24,578 nucleotides of DNA from Candidatus Heimdallarchaeota archaeon (GTDB taxonomy: Archaea > Asgardarchaeota > Heimdallarchaeia > JABLTI01). A program made the position numbers and the translations under genes. The notes beneath the pieces were generated by a model. That model was not told the origin of the DNA. It was given only the letters and a program-made list of their open reading frames with translations, and searched no databases. Positions 8,860 through 18,163 of the stretch are shown here, one piece after another. Position 1 is the stretch's first letter. The number at the start of each line of letters is the position of its first letter. The stretch spans positions 1 through 24,578 of the forward strand of contig DXJV01000046.1 of the NCBI GenBank assembly GCA_019056785.1, written 5' to 3'.

Positions 8860-10368
8860 TTAATATTCCTTCAATAATTTCTTGTTCATCTTTCGCATGA
8901 GAAATGCGCCCGTTTCCAGTCCAGAACTCATTGCTGCTTGCACCCCTGAACCGCCGACATTTGAGCCGGCAAAAAAGAGGTTTTTAATTTGGCTTTTAAA
9001 GCTCGGTAGTCGTTGATTGACTTTGGGGCCATACCAGGCACCATTTGTTGAACCGTTAAATCGTTCGAAGGTCATTGGTGTTGCCAATCGTTTGATTTTA
9101 ATATGCTTTGAAATGTTAGGCATAAAACTTTCCAGCTTCGTAATGATTTTTGCGATGATGCTCTTTTTTAGTTCTCGATATTCTTTTGTTCGCTTTTTAT
9201 TCCTGCCTATTTTCCAAAAATTATTCCAATTATAAGGTGCAAATGTCAACACTATCAGCGACTCTTTCTCCGGTCGTGCCTTGAGTTTATCTGAATTATT
9301 GGGTATGCGAACAGCAATACCATCAACATTGAAGTCATTTTCTTCGTAGTTCTTAGTGATATCGCTTGTACGCCCGATCATGAGATGAGCCGGATATTTT
9401 GAGAGATCGTAATTTTCAATGCCCAAATAAAGCAAAACGCCCGACATGGATGTTTCTATCTTCCGGATGCGGTCAGTAAATCGTCGCGAGAAATGTTTCT
9501 TTCCGATATATTCGAAAATGGTTTTGTGTAAGTCGCTATTTGCTATAATATAGTCTGCTTGAATTTCTTCGCCTGAAGTGAGCAACACACTCTTAGCGGT
9601 CTTTTTCTCGATAAGAATCTTTTTCACTGTGCTCTTATAACGCAACTCGCCTCCTCTGGTGACATACAACTCTGCCAGTTTTTTAGCGAAAGCGCCCATT
9701 CCACCCTCAGGGTAGTAAAGCCCTTCTGTAAAGGCAACACTTATGATGTATGCTAAAATTGGTGCTTTCAAGTTCTCGAGTTTTAAACCAAACCACAGCG
9801 AAAATAATTTGAAATAATCTTTCACTTCATCATTTGTGATGAACTCGTCTAGTAATTGTTTGTAATTTTTCCTGGCATATTTTCGCAACACAGGCCGTTT
9901 GAAAATTATTCGCAAAAGTTTTCCAAAAGTAATACCCTCATCCAGCGAAAGCTCTTTAATATCTTTTCTTATTTGGTGTGAAGTTTCAATTAATTTTCGC
10001 ACACCGGCACTTTGATCTGGGTGAACTTTTTCGATATCTTGTAAGAACAACTCAGGGTTTGAGAACATTCTTACAACATGATTATCATTATAATAAGCTT
10101 CCATCGGCTCTACTGTATGAATAGGGTGATAGAAATCATATTTCTGTAAAATCGCTCGCGAGGAGCTCTTTGCATACCCTAGAATGGTTTCTGCTGCAGA
10201 ATCAAAATAAAAGCCATTAATTGTGAAGCCGGAGACATATCCTCCTGGGTAATCATTCTGTTCAACGATTAGTGTCTTTAAGCCTGGGTTCTCGCTTTGG
10301 AGGTAAATACCTGCATGCAATCCGCCTATTCCAGCACCAACTATTATCACATCATATTTTTTCGTCAT
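8860..10368 (-). CDS. Phytoene desaturase (CrtI)/retinol saturase-like FAD-dependent oxidoreductase
   Basis: YDVIIVGAGIGG dinucleotide fold, PGGY...GFYFD, YYPEGGMG, ATPMTFERF...GAWYG and IKNLFFAG. The substrate cannot be assigned. Confidence 0.85.
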   Translation of the reverse strand: MTKKYDVIIVGAGIGGLHAGIYLQSENPGLKTLIVEQNDYPGGYVSGFTINGFYFDSAAETILGYAKSSSRAILQKYDFYHPIHTVEPMEAYYNDNHVVRMFSNPELFLQDIEKVHPDQSAGVRKLIETSHQIRKDIKELSLDEGITFGKLLRIIFKRPVLRKYARKNYKQLLDEFITNDEVKDYFKLFSLWFGLKLENLKAPILAYIISVAFTEGLYYPEGGMGAFAKKLAELYVTRGGELRYKSTVKKILIEKKTAKSVLLTSGEEIQADYIIANSDLHKTIFEYIGKKHFSRRFTDRIRKIETSMSGVLLYLGIENYDLSKYPAHLMIGRTSDITKNYEENDFNVDGIAVRIPNNSDKLKARPEKESLIVLTFAPYNWNNFWKIGRNKKRTKEYRELKKSIIAKIITKLESFMPNISKHIKIKRLATPMTFERFNGSTNGAWYGPKVNQRLPSFKSQIKNLFFAGSNVGGSGVQAAMSSGLETGAFLMRKMNKKLLKEY

Positions 10369-10786
10369 CTTTTCTTTTTCTTCCTTTTATATTCGTTCTT
10401 TTTTGGCATTATCTTTATGTGGAGAGATTTCTCACAGAATAGTTAGAAATGGCGTTTCAACTTTTGGTGAATAGGAGGCTAGAAAGTTTTTACAAAAAAG
10501 CCAGCTCTTTGTAAATAGGCATCTTTCAGCATTTTTAGTAGAAATCGTTGAAATATTCTTAACATTAAATGAGTAATGCTTTAGTTAAATGTTCTTTCCT
10601 TTTACTGTTAAAGCCACTGCTTCATTTCCTTAAGAATTTTGTTGTTTTTTCCCATAATTATAAAAAAAAAAGAAGTAGAAAGCCTTCTTTGAGGGTATTT
10701 TTCTTTGATCTTGCTGAGAGTAGGATTTTTTTTACACGTTGGCTTTCGAGGAAGGTTGAGTAGTTTTATAATAGAGAATTTTTCCC

Positions 10787-12616
10787 TTAGGTAGCCAGTT
10801 CTGTTAATTGCAATTTTTCCAAAAGAGTTTTTGTTGGCGAACCCGTTTTTGGATCCCAATGCCGTAACTTATAATATTCTTTCAATTGAATATCCAGGTT
10901 GGGTATTTTTCCCTTTGCTCCTCCTTCCTGTAATTTGTAGTGCATGATTTTTGGTAGCCGGTCATTTTTTCTTGTTAGCCCGAGCTTCATATTCAGCAAG
11001 CGCTTTATTGTTGTTATTCGTTCTCCTACTTGCATCACGTCAGTTATTGTATAGTCCCAACCTGTAGCTAGTGAAAGAGCTTTTACTGTATCTGTGAAAG
11101 ATGGCATGGCAAAATGACACATGATTAAAGCATTATATACTGCTCGAAAGTCTTGAACTTTGACAGCAATACGGGCTGCTTCAAGGTCATCAAATCTATC
11201 CTCGCATTGTAACCCTATTTCAGGGACGGTTACCCCCAAGCCCATTTTATACCCGTCGCCATTATTATGACAAGCTCCTCGTGAAGAAGTAGCATAAACT
11301 GTTGCCATTGAAAAGAACGCTCGCGGATCATGAAAAGGCAATTCCAACCCGTTAACTGTATGTGCTTCTTCTGGCAAGTTATAACTGGCGGCTAAAAAGT
11401 CCGACCCCTCGGCCATTTTCTCACCGATCCCTTCTCTTTTTGCGAGTTTTTCTAATAAGGCGATCAATGCATCAACATTTCCCCATTTTGCATCTATTCC
11501 TTCCAATTCCTCTCGAGTGATGACACCCCTCTCGTATAAATGGAAGACAAGGCCAATAATTTGTCCCGCTGAAATTGTATCCAAACCATAATTGTTTGCA
11601 AGATAATTCGCTTTTGCAATACCTCGCAGATTATCTATCAGTAAGTTTGTGCCAAAGCTTGCCAATGTTTCATACTCCGGTCCCCCTGTTTGTGGGATAG
11701 CATATTTTCCTTTGCTGATTTTTACAATTCGTCCGCAACCAATAACACAGCTATAACAATGGTACCGTTTCACCAAGATGGTTTCTTTCATCCGGCTACC
11801 ATCTATTGCTTCGGTATTTGGCATGAAACCTTTATACCAGTATTTTACCGCAACATCTCCCCATTTCATCCCTCCCGAAACATAGGCTGCTGTCCCAAAC
11901 ATCCTTCGTGCGACTGTATTTTCATAGATGTCCTTTCGCATTTTACTTCCGAGAGCTTTAACTTCAGCGTCATTTGCTACTGGTACAGCTCGCGTCGAAG
12001 AATAAAGTATAATTGCTTTCAGATTTTTTGACCCCATAACAGCGCCCATTCCTGTTCGTCCTGCTGCACGGTCACCATCATTCATTATTGCAGCAATTTT
12101 AACCTTTTTTTCTCCAGCAACGCCAATCGTTGCAAAACTTGAGATATTATCAAAACGCTTCTTGAGTTCTTCCTCAACAGCATAGACATTTTTCCCCCAG
12201 AGAAAGCTCGCATCCAATAACTCGACACTATTATCAATGATTAGCAATGCCTTTGGTTCATTTGCTTTGCCTTTGAAAAGCAAACCATCATAACCTAAAA
12301 ATTTCAGATAAGCACCAAACTTCCCCCCCGAGTTTGCTTCTCCCCAGATATTTGTTAAAGGCGATTTTGCACAAACAACATGTCGGCCACAGTTTGGTAT
12401 TTTTGTTCCCACTAATGGGCCTGTCATAAAACACAAGGGATTTTCCGCTGACAGAGGGTCCAAATCTTTTGTAAGTTCCTCATAGAGCAATTTTGCTGCC
12501 AGCCCACTTCCACCGATAAATTGCTTATAGTCTTCAACAGGTGGCGTTAGTGTATCAATTCTTTCATCTGCAAGATCAATTGTTAAAATTTTCCCGGTAT
12601 TCCCAAACAAAGACAT
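10787..12616 (-). CDS. aor: Aldehyde:ferredoxin oxidoreductase family (tungstopterin) enzyme
   Basis: KSPLT, AAGRTGMGAVMGSKNLKAI, CYSCVIGC plus a distal IMCHF (4Fe-4S ligands), GPEYET, GLDTIS and HDPR motifs. Confidence 0.95.
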   Translation of the reverse strand: MSLFGNTGKILTIDLADERIDTLTPPVEDYKQFIGGSGLAAKLLYEELTKDLDPLSAENPLCFMTGPLVGTKIPNCGRHVVCAKSPLTNIWGEANSGGKFGAYLKFLGYDGLLFKGKANEPKALLIIDNSVELLDASFLWGKNVYAVEEELKKRFDNISSFATIGVAGEKKVKIAAIMNDGDRAAGRTGMGAVMGSKNLKAIILYSSTRAVPVANDAEVKALGSKMRKDIYENTVARRMFGTAAYVSGGMKWGDVAVKYWYKGFMPNTEAIDGSRMKETILVKRYHCYSCVIGCGRIVKISKGKYAIPQTGGPEYETLASFGTNLLIDNLRGIAKANYLANNYGLDTISAGQIIGLVFHLYERGVITREELEGIDAKWGNVDALIALLEKLAKREGIGEKMAEGSDFLAASYNLPEEAHTVNGLELPFHDPRAFFSMATVYATSSRGACHNNGDGYKMGLGVTVPEIGLQCEDRFDDLEAARIAVKVQDFRAVYNALIMCHFAMPSFTDTVKALSLATGWDYTITDVMQVGERITTIKRLLNMKLGLTRKNDRLPKIMHYKLQEGGAKGKIPNLDIQLKEYYKLRHWDPKTGSPTKTLLEKLQLTELAT

Positions 12617-12647
12617 GTTGATTCACTCAATAGTATTAATCTCTTCG

Positions 12648-12755
12648 AGATTTTAAGCTTATTTCTTCCGAACGGGTTTTCTCTCGAGAATCATTTTTCA
12701 AGCGAAAAAGGGCCTTTTATCCCAAAAACAAAACTCAAAAAGCTTAAGTAAGTTG
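12648..12755. promoter_or_regulatory. Divergent archaeal promoter region (aor / TrmB-like gene)
   Basis: Purine-run + TATA-like elements AAAAAGCTTAAGTA (+, ~12737) and AAATAAGCTTAAAA (-, ~12664-12651) lie upstream of the two divergent starts. Confidence 0.4.
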
Positions 12756-12803
12756 TTATTAGATAATGAACTAAGAGAAAAATTTCGTTAGGAGTTAATC
12801 GAA

Positions 12804-15062
12804 TTGTCTGAAATACTCGAGAATTTACAGCTTTCAGCTACTGAACAACAAATTTATCTGGTTCTTTTATCTTCGGGACAACTTTCCATTCCTGAAATCG
12901 CTGAGCAGCTTGACTTAAAAATAGGCGATGTTGAAGAAGCCATAAAAGGACTACAAGCTAAAAATCTGGTCTATACAAACCCTTCTATTATTGAAAAGTT
13001 CACAGGCATTTATCCGCTAGTATCTCTTGCGGACAAAGCAAAGGATGCCTTAGAGACGATTAAAAATATTGGCGTTGAGATTAACAAATATGCGGCAGAA
13101 AAAACCGACGCCATAGACCAGATCGTCCGGCAACAAAAGGAGAGCATCCAGCAAATCACTGCTACTGCTAAAGAGGAAGTTCGTGTTGCAACTGACACAT
13201 CTATCAAAGAGATTTCCACAGAACTTGATAAGCTCATCGAAGAAATTAGCCAAATTCTCAACACTGAAGAGCATCAGATATCTTCTTTGTCGATGAGTAC
13301 CCAATCTGAATTGACAAAACACTTTCAAGAAACGACCGAAGCTGCAGGGAATACTATTAGCGCTGGTGTGAGCGATATTTCCAACAGCTTAAACGAATCC
13401 AAAGAAAATATCACGAAAGCGTTTACCACCTCTTCCAGTAGGGTTGAAGATGCTGCCACCACCTTTGAAAATAGCCTTCTCGCTTCTTTAGAGAATAACT
13501 TCAATGATTATACCTCTATTGCTGGTGACATCCAACAAAAAATCGAGAATGCCATTAAAGAATACAATGCTGCTGCGAGAGATAATATGTCACTACATTC
13601 CCAGTTGGTTAATGAAAATTATTCTACAGTTATAGAATCTGTGAATTCCAAACTTGGGGTGCACAATAAAGAAACAAACCAGATATTAGAGGAGCGAATC
13701 AGGAACATCACCCAATCAATTGGTGAGATGAATGATGACTTTGGTAAAATCATTCGTGAACGATTAACAGGTATAAAACGCGAATATAATCAATTGATTG
13801 AGACATTCAGCCAAAATGTCGAGTCGCTTTTCACCGAAGTCAACACACAACTTGAGACACTTATCGCCACGAAAACACGGAACAATGAAGAAAAATTAAC
13901 AAACCTCTTTAACCTGCTTAAAGAGAACCTCGAGAAAAGTGCAAATGAGACGAAACAAGAGATCAAAGCGAAGGAAGTCCGGATTGGAAATGATTTGCAT
14001 TCTGCCACTGAGACTACGCAGCGAAAGATGACAGAAATAAATGACAAACTCAACATGGAATTAGCGAACCGCTTTAACAAAGCAACAACTGACTTTTCTA
14101 CCGCTAAAAATAATATGAAAGATACTGTCACTCGGGCCAAAAGTGACATTATTGCCAAGTTTGCCGAAGCACGAGATACAGCTATCACAAGCATTGCAAA
14201 GGAATTCGAAGAAAAAGAACGAATCTTTGCTGAAATTAGCTCGAAAATCATCGACGATATCCGAGAGCTCAATACTGTTAGCGAAGCGAAAACTAAGAGC
14301 TTCATTAAAGACACCGAAGAAAGCGCTAAAAACGCTATTGCAAAAATCGAGATGCCAGCAAAGACTTTGCTCAATCGTGGCAAACAGACTGCCTTAAAAT
14401 ATGTCCACGAACAAGCAGACCTTGTAAACAAGACGATAGATAAAAGTCGTTCAGGCATAGAGGATTCCCTTGTAGCCGAAACATCCAATGTCAAGTCACA
14501 ATTCAAAGGCTATGGTGAGAAGTTCATTGAAAGTAACAAAATCATTGAACGTATTCTTACTGGACTTGAGCTCACCTATCGAGAGTTGATCACGAAAATT
14601 AGAGATATGCCTCGCCCACAATTGAACACTGTGACCCTTATAGGCAAAGATGCAGTGCTTAACCAAATGGCTAAAATCTTGACGGGGGTAAAATCAACCG
14701 TTACCGTTGTTTATCCCAACATCTCTGACATCCATATTGATGTCTTGTTAAATAGCAATCCTCGCACACGTATTATTGTTATCTCTGATTTTGACACCTT
14801 CAAGAACGCGGACATCATTCGCAAACTTATGGCTAAAGAAAACATTCAATTGAAATCCCTTGTCCTTGGGTCGACACAAAAACCCTATTATGCTATCGGC
14901 CGAGATGCTGAAGAAGGACTTATTGGTACGATTGATGATTCCGGCGAAGTCGTTGCTATTACCAGCAATTCCCAGGCATTTGTGGAATTGATCAGTACCG
15001 AAATCATTAATGGTATTCTTACGCCGAAAACAAAACGGGTTGTTCTTCCTGAAAACGAATAA
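12804..15062 (+). CDS. TrmB-type wHTH protein with ~530-aa helical (hendecad) insert and C-terminal TrmB effector/PLD-like domain
   Basis: N-terminal LQLSATEQQIYLVLLSSGQLSIPEIA...L.AKNLV (TrmB wHTH), then a long Pro-free helical region, then a C-terminal IGKDAVLNQMAKIL..VKSTVTVVYP...RDAEEGLIG domain. TTG start after GGAG. Confidence 0.8.
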   Translation: MSEILENLQLSATEQQIYLVLLSSGQLSIPEIAEQLDLKIGDVEEAIKGLQAKNLVYTNPSIIEKFTGIYPLVSLADKAKDALETIKNIGVEINKYAAEKTDAIDQIVRQQKESIQQITATAKEEVRVATDTSIKEISTELDKLIEEISQILNTEEHQISSLSMSTQSELTKHFQETTEAAGNTISAGVSDISNSLNESKENITKAFTTSSSRVEDAATTFENSLLASLENNFNDYTSIAGDIQQKIENAIKEYNAAARDNMSLHSQLVNENYSTVIESVNSKLGVHNKETNQILEERIRNITQSIGEMNDDFGKIIRERLTGIKREYNQLIETFSQNVESLFTEVNTQLETLIATKTRNNEEKLTNLFNLLKENLEKSANETKQEIKAKEVRIGNDLHSATETTQRKMTEINDKLNMELANRFNKATTDFSTAKNNMKDTVTRAKSDIIAKFAEARDTAITSIAKEFEEKERIFAEISSKIIDDIRELNTVSEAKTKSFIKDTEESAKNAIAKIEMPAKTLLNRGKQTALKYVHEQADLVNKTIDKSRSGIEDSLVAETSNVKSQFKGYGEKFIESNKIIERILTGLELTYRELITKIRDMPRPQLNTVTLIGKDAVLNQMAKILTGVKSTVTVVYPNISDIHIDVLLNSNPRTRIIVISDFDTFKNADIIRKLMAKENIQLKSLVLGSTQKPYYAIGRDAEEGLIGTIDDSGEVVAITSNSQAFVELISTEIINGILTPKTKRVVLPENE

Positions 15063-15084
15063 AAAAGCAAGCCATTCTTAGAGC

Positions 15085-15110
15085 TTTCTTTTTTTTCTTT
15101 TATTTTTTTT
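15085..15110 (+). terminator. Oligo-T tract terminator between convergent genes
   Basis: TTTCTTTTTTTTCTTTTATTTTTTTT begins ~22 nt after the stop at 15062. Archaeal intrinsic termination occurs at oligo-T tracts. Confidence 0.5.
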
Positions 15111-15131
15111 ACAAAAATCTTGGCCTTTATT

Positions 15132-17261
15132 TTAGAAAATGCGTTTGACTAATGAATCGACATAAAATCTATTTTCTTCTCCCAGAACAATTATAGGTTC
15201 TTCTTCTTTTAGGAAAAGAACATTTAGTTCTTCAGTGAAACGCTTCAACTGTTTCCGTATTAAGTAACTTTCCTTGTCAGTTACTAGAGCCACAATACAA
15301 TTTTCTGCCGGCTCTAGGAGAATATCAAAATCGCCGTGTTTTATCCCTTGTAAGAATCCTTGTTTAAGGTAGGATGTTTTTGTCCCTTCACTCATCTTTT
15401 CTGTGAAGGAGATTATTGCGCCTAAAAAACCTGAGACCAACGTTTCATCGATCTTACCAAAGACGTCTGTGAAATAATGAGAATAAAGCGGCAGCCCACT
15501 ACTCGAGAGAATCAGCAGCAAAATCGGATGTGTGCCCAATTCTATTATTTCATTCCGATTTACCTTTTTCGACGAAACGAGCAATGGTGCGGGTGTTCTT
15601 TCAAATTCATTGAACGATGCCAGTTGAGAACTTTTAGAGTTTAGAAATCCGAGTTGCCTGTAATTTTCGATGCGATGGAGGTAGTCTTGCACAGCATTGA
15701 TTTTTTCGAATAATTGGAGGTTTGAATAATACTTTTCAAGTCTTTTGAAAATTTTCTCAGCTTGAAGATATTCTCGATTTGAAAACAACAGAGAAGCCTT
15801 GAAAAACTCAAGTTCATTGTAGTCTTGAGAATGTTCATCCTTTTTAATGTGCCCTTGGAGGTCTAGAATGGCGATTTTGGCTTTTTTGAAATTCCTTTTC
15901 GATGGTTTAGCAATGTTTTTCAAAACTAGAACCGAAACAAGCTGCAAACTCGCTTTAAGTGATAACTGCTCCAACTTACTAAGTTCGGCGAACTCCTGAG
16001 CATTGGCAAAGAGAAATTCTGCTTTGCTGAAGTTTCCGGAGCAGAATTCAATAAACCCTTCGAAATAGATTAAATAAAATTCACCTGCCAGATCTCCCCG
16101 TCCTCGGAGAGCTGTCCTGGCCTTCTCAAGATAGAGTTCTGCTGAATCTAGATCATCTGCTTTGAGAAAGGCCAAAGTTAAATTCAAAACGGTTTGAGGA
16201 TTGTTGATTCTTTTACTTTCCAAATTCAAAAGGCGATTTGTTGCGGCAGAAATTTGGCCATAAGCTATTTCCAAGCCGGCGATTTTATTTATGGTAATTG
16301 CTTGTTCTTGAAAGTCACCCATTTTTTGAAACATTTTCTCAGCATGCTTACAGAACTTGATTCCCTCTTCGATATTCTTTTGTAAATGAAGATTAGATCC
16401 AATTGTCATTAGCGTTTTTGCTATAAGATATGGGTTCATTAATGAACGTGCAATAGCTGCTGCCTTTCTGTGATGTTGATTTCCAACCTCGGGTTCATTC
16501 ATAAATTCTATCAAATAATTTCCATAATACAGTTCAAAAAGAGCGATCAATACTTTGTGATCAATTTTCTTGGCAAGAGACAAACCACTATTAATAATAT
16601 CATACGCTTTAGTATACCTGCTCATAGAAAGTAGGATCTCGCATTCTTGGAGGAGGATTTGTGTTCGTAGGGTGTTGGCGTAAAGGACTCCAATTTCATT
16701 TTCATACGAGGAGAGAAATTCCTTAGCAGAAAGCAGCTGGAACAAACCATCTGTAAGGTTTCCTTTTGCAACAGAATACAAAGACTTTGCCAGGTAAAAA
16801 TCGATTTGATAAATTAAATCATCAGTCGATAATCTCGCTTCCACAATTCTAATATTGGCAATTGCTCTATTAAGTGAATTTTTCGCCACTAATCCCTTTA
16901 TCAAAGGTATTAATGTGAAATAATTCTTAGACGCCTTTGCGATTTTCTCTAAGTCATCCAGTTGCCGGAGTTCATAAGCAATATTTGCTGCAAGAAATTC
17001 CAAATTGGGATTTTTTCCCAGCTCGGCTTTTGCAAGCGAAAGCACCTTTTGGCTAAAATGCATAAAGGGTGTTTTGCTGCTATTGATAGTTTTGAGGGCT
17101 TTTTTTAAGAGCAATAATTCTAACGGTTCCAGGAGTGGCAAATAATGTTTAAACTCTCTCGGTATGAGACTCCGTTCTGCTTCTGTGATGAGTTTATCTA
17201 CACCCAAAGAAATAGCTCCAGTATGTTTGATTTTTCTCTTGTAAAAAGTTTTTTTCTTCAA
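15132..17261 (-). CDS. TPR-repeat protein with C-terminal longin-like domain
   Basis: Helical TPR-like repeats plus C-terminal LLLILSSSGLPLYSHYF...LVSGFLGAI...IKHGDFDILLE. A possible true start is TTG 17207, with GGAG 8 nt upstream. Confidence 0.8.
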   Translation of the reverse strand: MKKKTFYKRKIKHTGAISLGVDKLITEAERSLIPREFKHYLPLLEPLELLLLKKALKTINSSKTPFMHFSQKVLSLAKAELGKNPNLEFLAANIAYELRQLDDLEKIAKASKNYFTLIPLIKGLVAKNSLNRAIANIRIVEARLSTDDLIYQIDFYLAKSLYSVAKGNLTDGLFQLLSAKEFLSSYENEIGVLYANTLRTQILLQECEILLSMSRYTKAYDIINSGLSLAKKIDHKVLIALFELYYGNYLIEFMNEPEVGNQHHRKAAAIARSLMNPYLIAKTLMTIGSNLHLQKNIEEGIKFCKHAEKMFQKMGDFQEQAITINKIAGLEIAYGQISAATNRLLNLESKRINNPQTVLNLTLAFLKADDLDSAELYLEKARTALRGRGDLAGEFYLIYFEGFIEFCSGNFSKAEFLFANAQEFAELSKLEQLSLKASLQLVSVLVLKNIAKPSKRNFKKAKIAILDLQGHIKKDEHSQDYNELEFFKASLLFSNREYLQAEKIFKRLEKYYSNLQLFEKINAVQDYLHRIENYRQLGFLNSKSSQLASFNEFERTPAPLLVSSKKVNRNEIIELGTHPILLLILSSSGLPLYSHYFTDVFGKIDETLVSGFLGAIISFTEKMSEGTKTSYLKQGFLQGIKHGDFDILLEPAENCIVALVTDKESYLIRKQLKRFTEELNVLFLKEEEPIIVLGEENRFYVDSLVKRIF

Positions 17262-17400
17262 ATGCTTTTATTCAATTTTCATTAATAAGTTCTCTTGATT
17301 GTGCACTCTTTTTTTTTCCTTAATTATTAGATGGTTAAGACACTTTTTATTGCCCTGTTGTAATTTACTACGTATTAGAAAGAGATAAGGCGGCAATCAA

Positions 17401-18048
17401 ATGAGACAGCAAATTCCACCAAGACATTTTCGTGGTTGGTATGCCTTCTTTTTCTTACTCCTTTTCTGTAGTTTACCTCTTTATCCGGTTTCTGCCGATT
17501 ATAACATTAAAGTTGGCGATGCCTTCAAGTTTAAGATCGAGTTAATGGATGCTCCGTACATCTATTTACAAGTTGGCTCGCTTGTTTTTTCAGAAGGAAC
17601 TGTGATGAAGGTGAGAATCACTTATGTTAATATTCCTTACATTAAATATTCCATAACAATTAATAGTCAAACCGAGGAATTTACCATATTGTCGAACATT
17701 CTCGTTCAGGACCGAAACTGGGCAAACTTGACAGCGAAATATCAAGCCGAAGGTTATGAAATCTATGAGGATAGCAAAATTTGGGGCGTGAGGTTAAATG
17801 GTAGCACCTATTTAAAAGTCGATTATTTAAAGAGAGATGGAGTCCTCAATTATTTTCACGCTCGAAATGAGTCAACACTGAAATCCGCGTTGAAAATCGA
17901 TGAAATTGTACTCAATCGCATTTGGGATAACTACAAAATCATCTGGCCGTATGCTTTTTTTGCTCTCCTTCCCTTAGGTGGACTCGTTTATGGATTAGTG
18001 CGTTATAGCCAGAAAATCAATTCCTTGGAGAGAGAAAGGGAAGCTTGA
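17401..18048 (+). CDS. Secreted/surface protein with signal peptide and C-terminal TM anchor
   Basis: Signal peptide (..FFFLLLFCSLPLYPVSA|DY), beta-rich body with N-x-S/T sequons, and a C-terminal TM (IIWPYAFFALLPLGGLVYGLV) followed by a charged tail. Confidence 0.75.
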   Translation: MRQQIPPRHFRGWYAFFFLLLFCSLPLYPVSADYNIKVGDAFKFKIELMDAPYIYLQVGSLVFSEGTVMKVRITYVNIPYIKYSITINSQTEEFTILSNILVQDRNWANLTAKYQAEGYEIYEDSKIWGVRLNGSTYLKVDYLKRDGVLNYFHARNESTLKSALKIDEIVLNRIWDNYKIIWPYAFFALLPLGGLVYGLVRYSQKINSLEREREA

Positions 18049-18163
18049 GGGTCTTTAAAGAAGAATAGCAAGTTTGAGCGTAAATTAAATAAAGTACCCC
18101 TTGAAATAATTGCCCAAGGCAGTCTGATAATCAGTCGTTATTGATAGGAGGAGAATCTGCCTG

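Noticed and set aside
10569-10859. Short ORFs (64 aa +, 83 aa -) in and around the aor-CrtI gap
   Set aside because: Low-complexity AT-rich translations; the 83-aa ORF overlaps aor. No coding evidence.
13790-14506. 238-aa antisense ORF inside the TrmB-like gene
   Set aside because: An antisense shadow (Ser/Leu/Phe-rich mirror of Glu/Lys-rich codons) with no motif.
12804-15062. SMC/Rad50, chemoreceptor or phage tape-measure assignment
   Set aside because: No Walker motifs, zinc hook or MCP signalling tip, and no viral genes nearby. The termini are TrmB-like.
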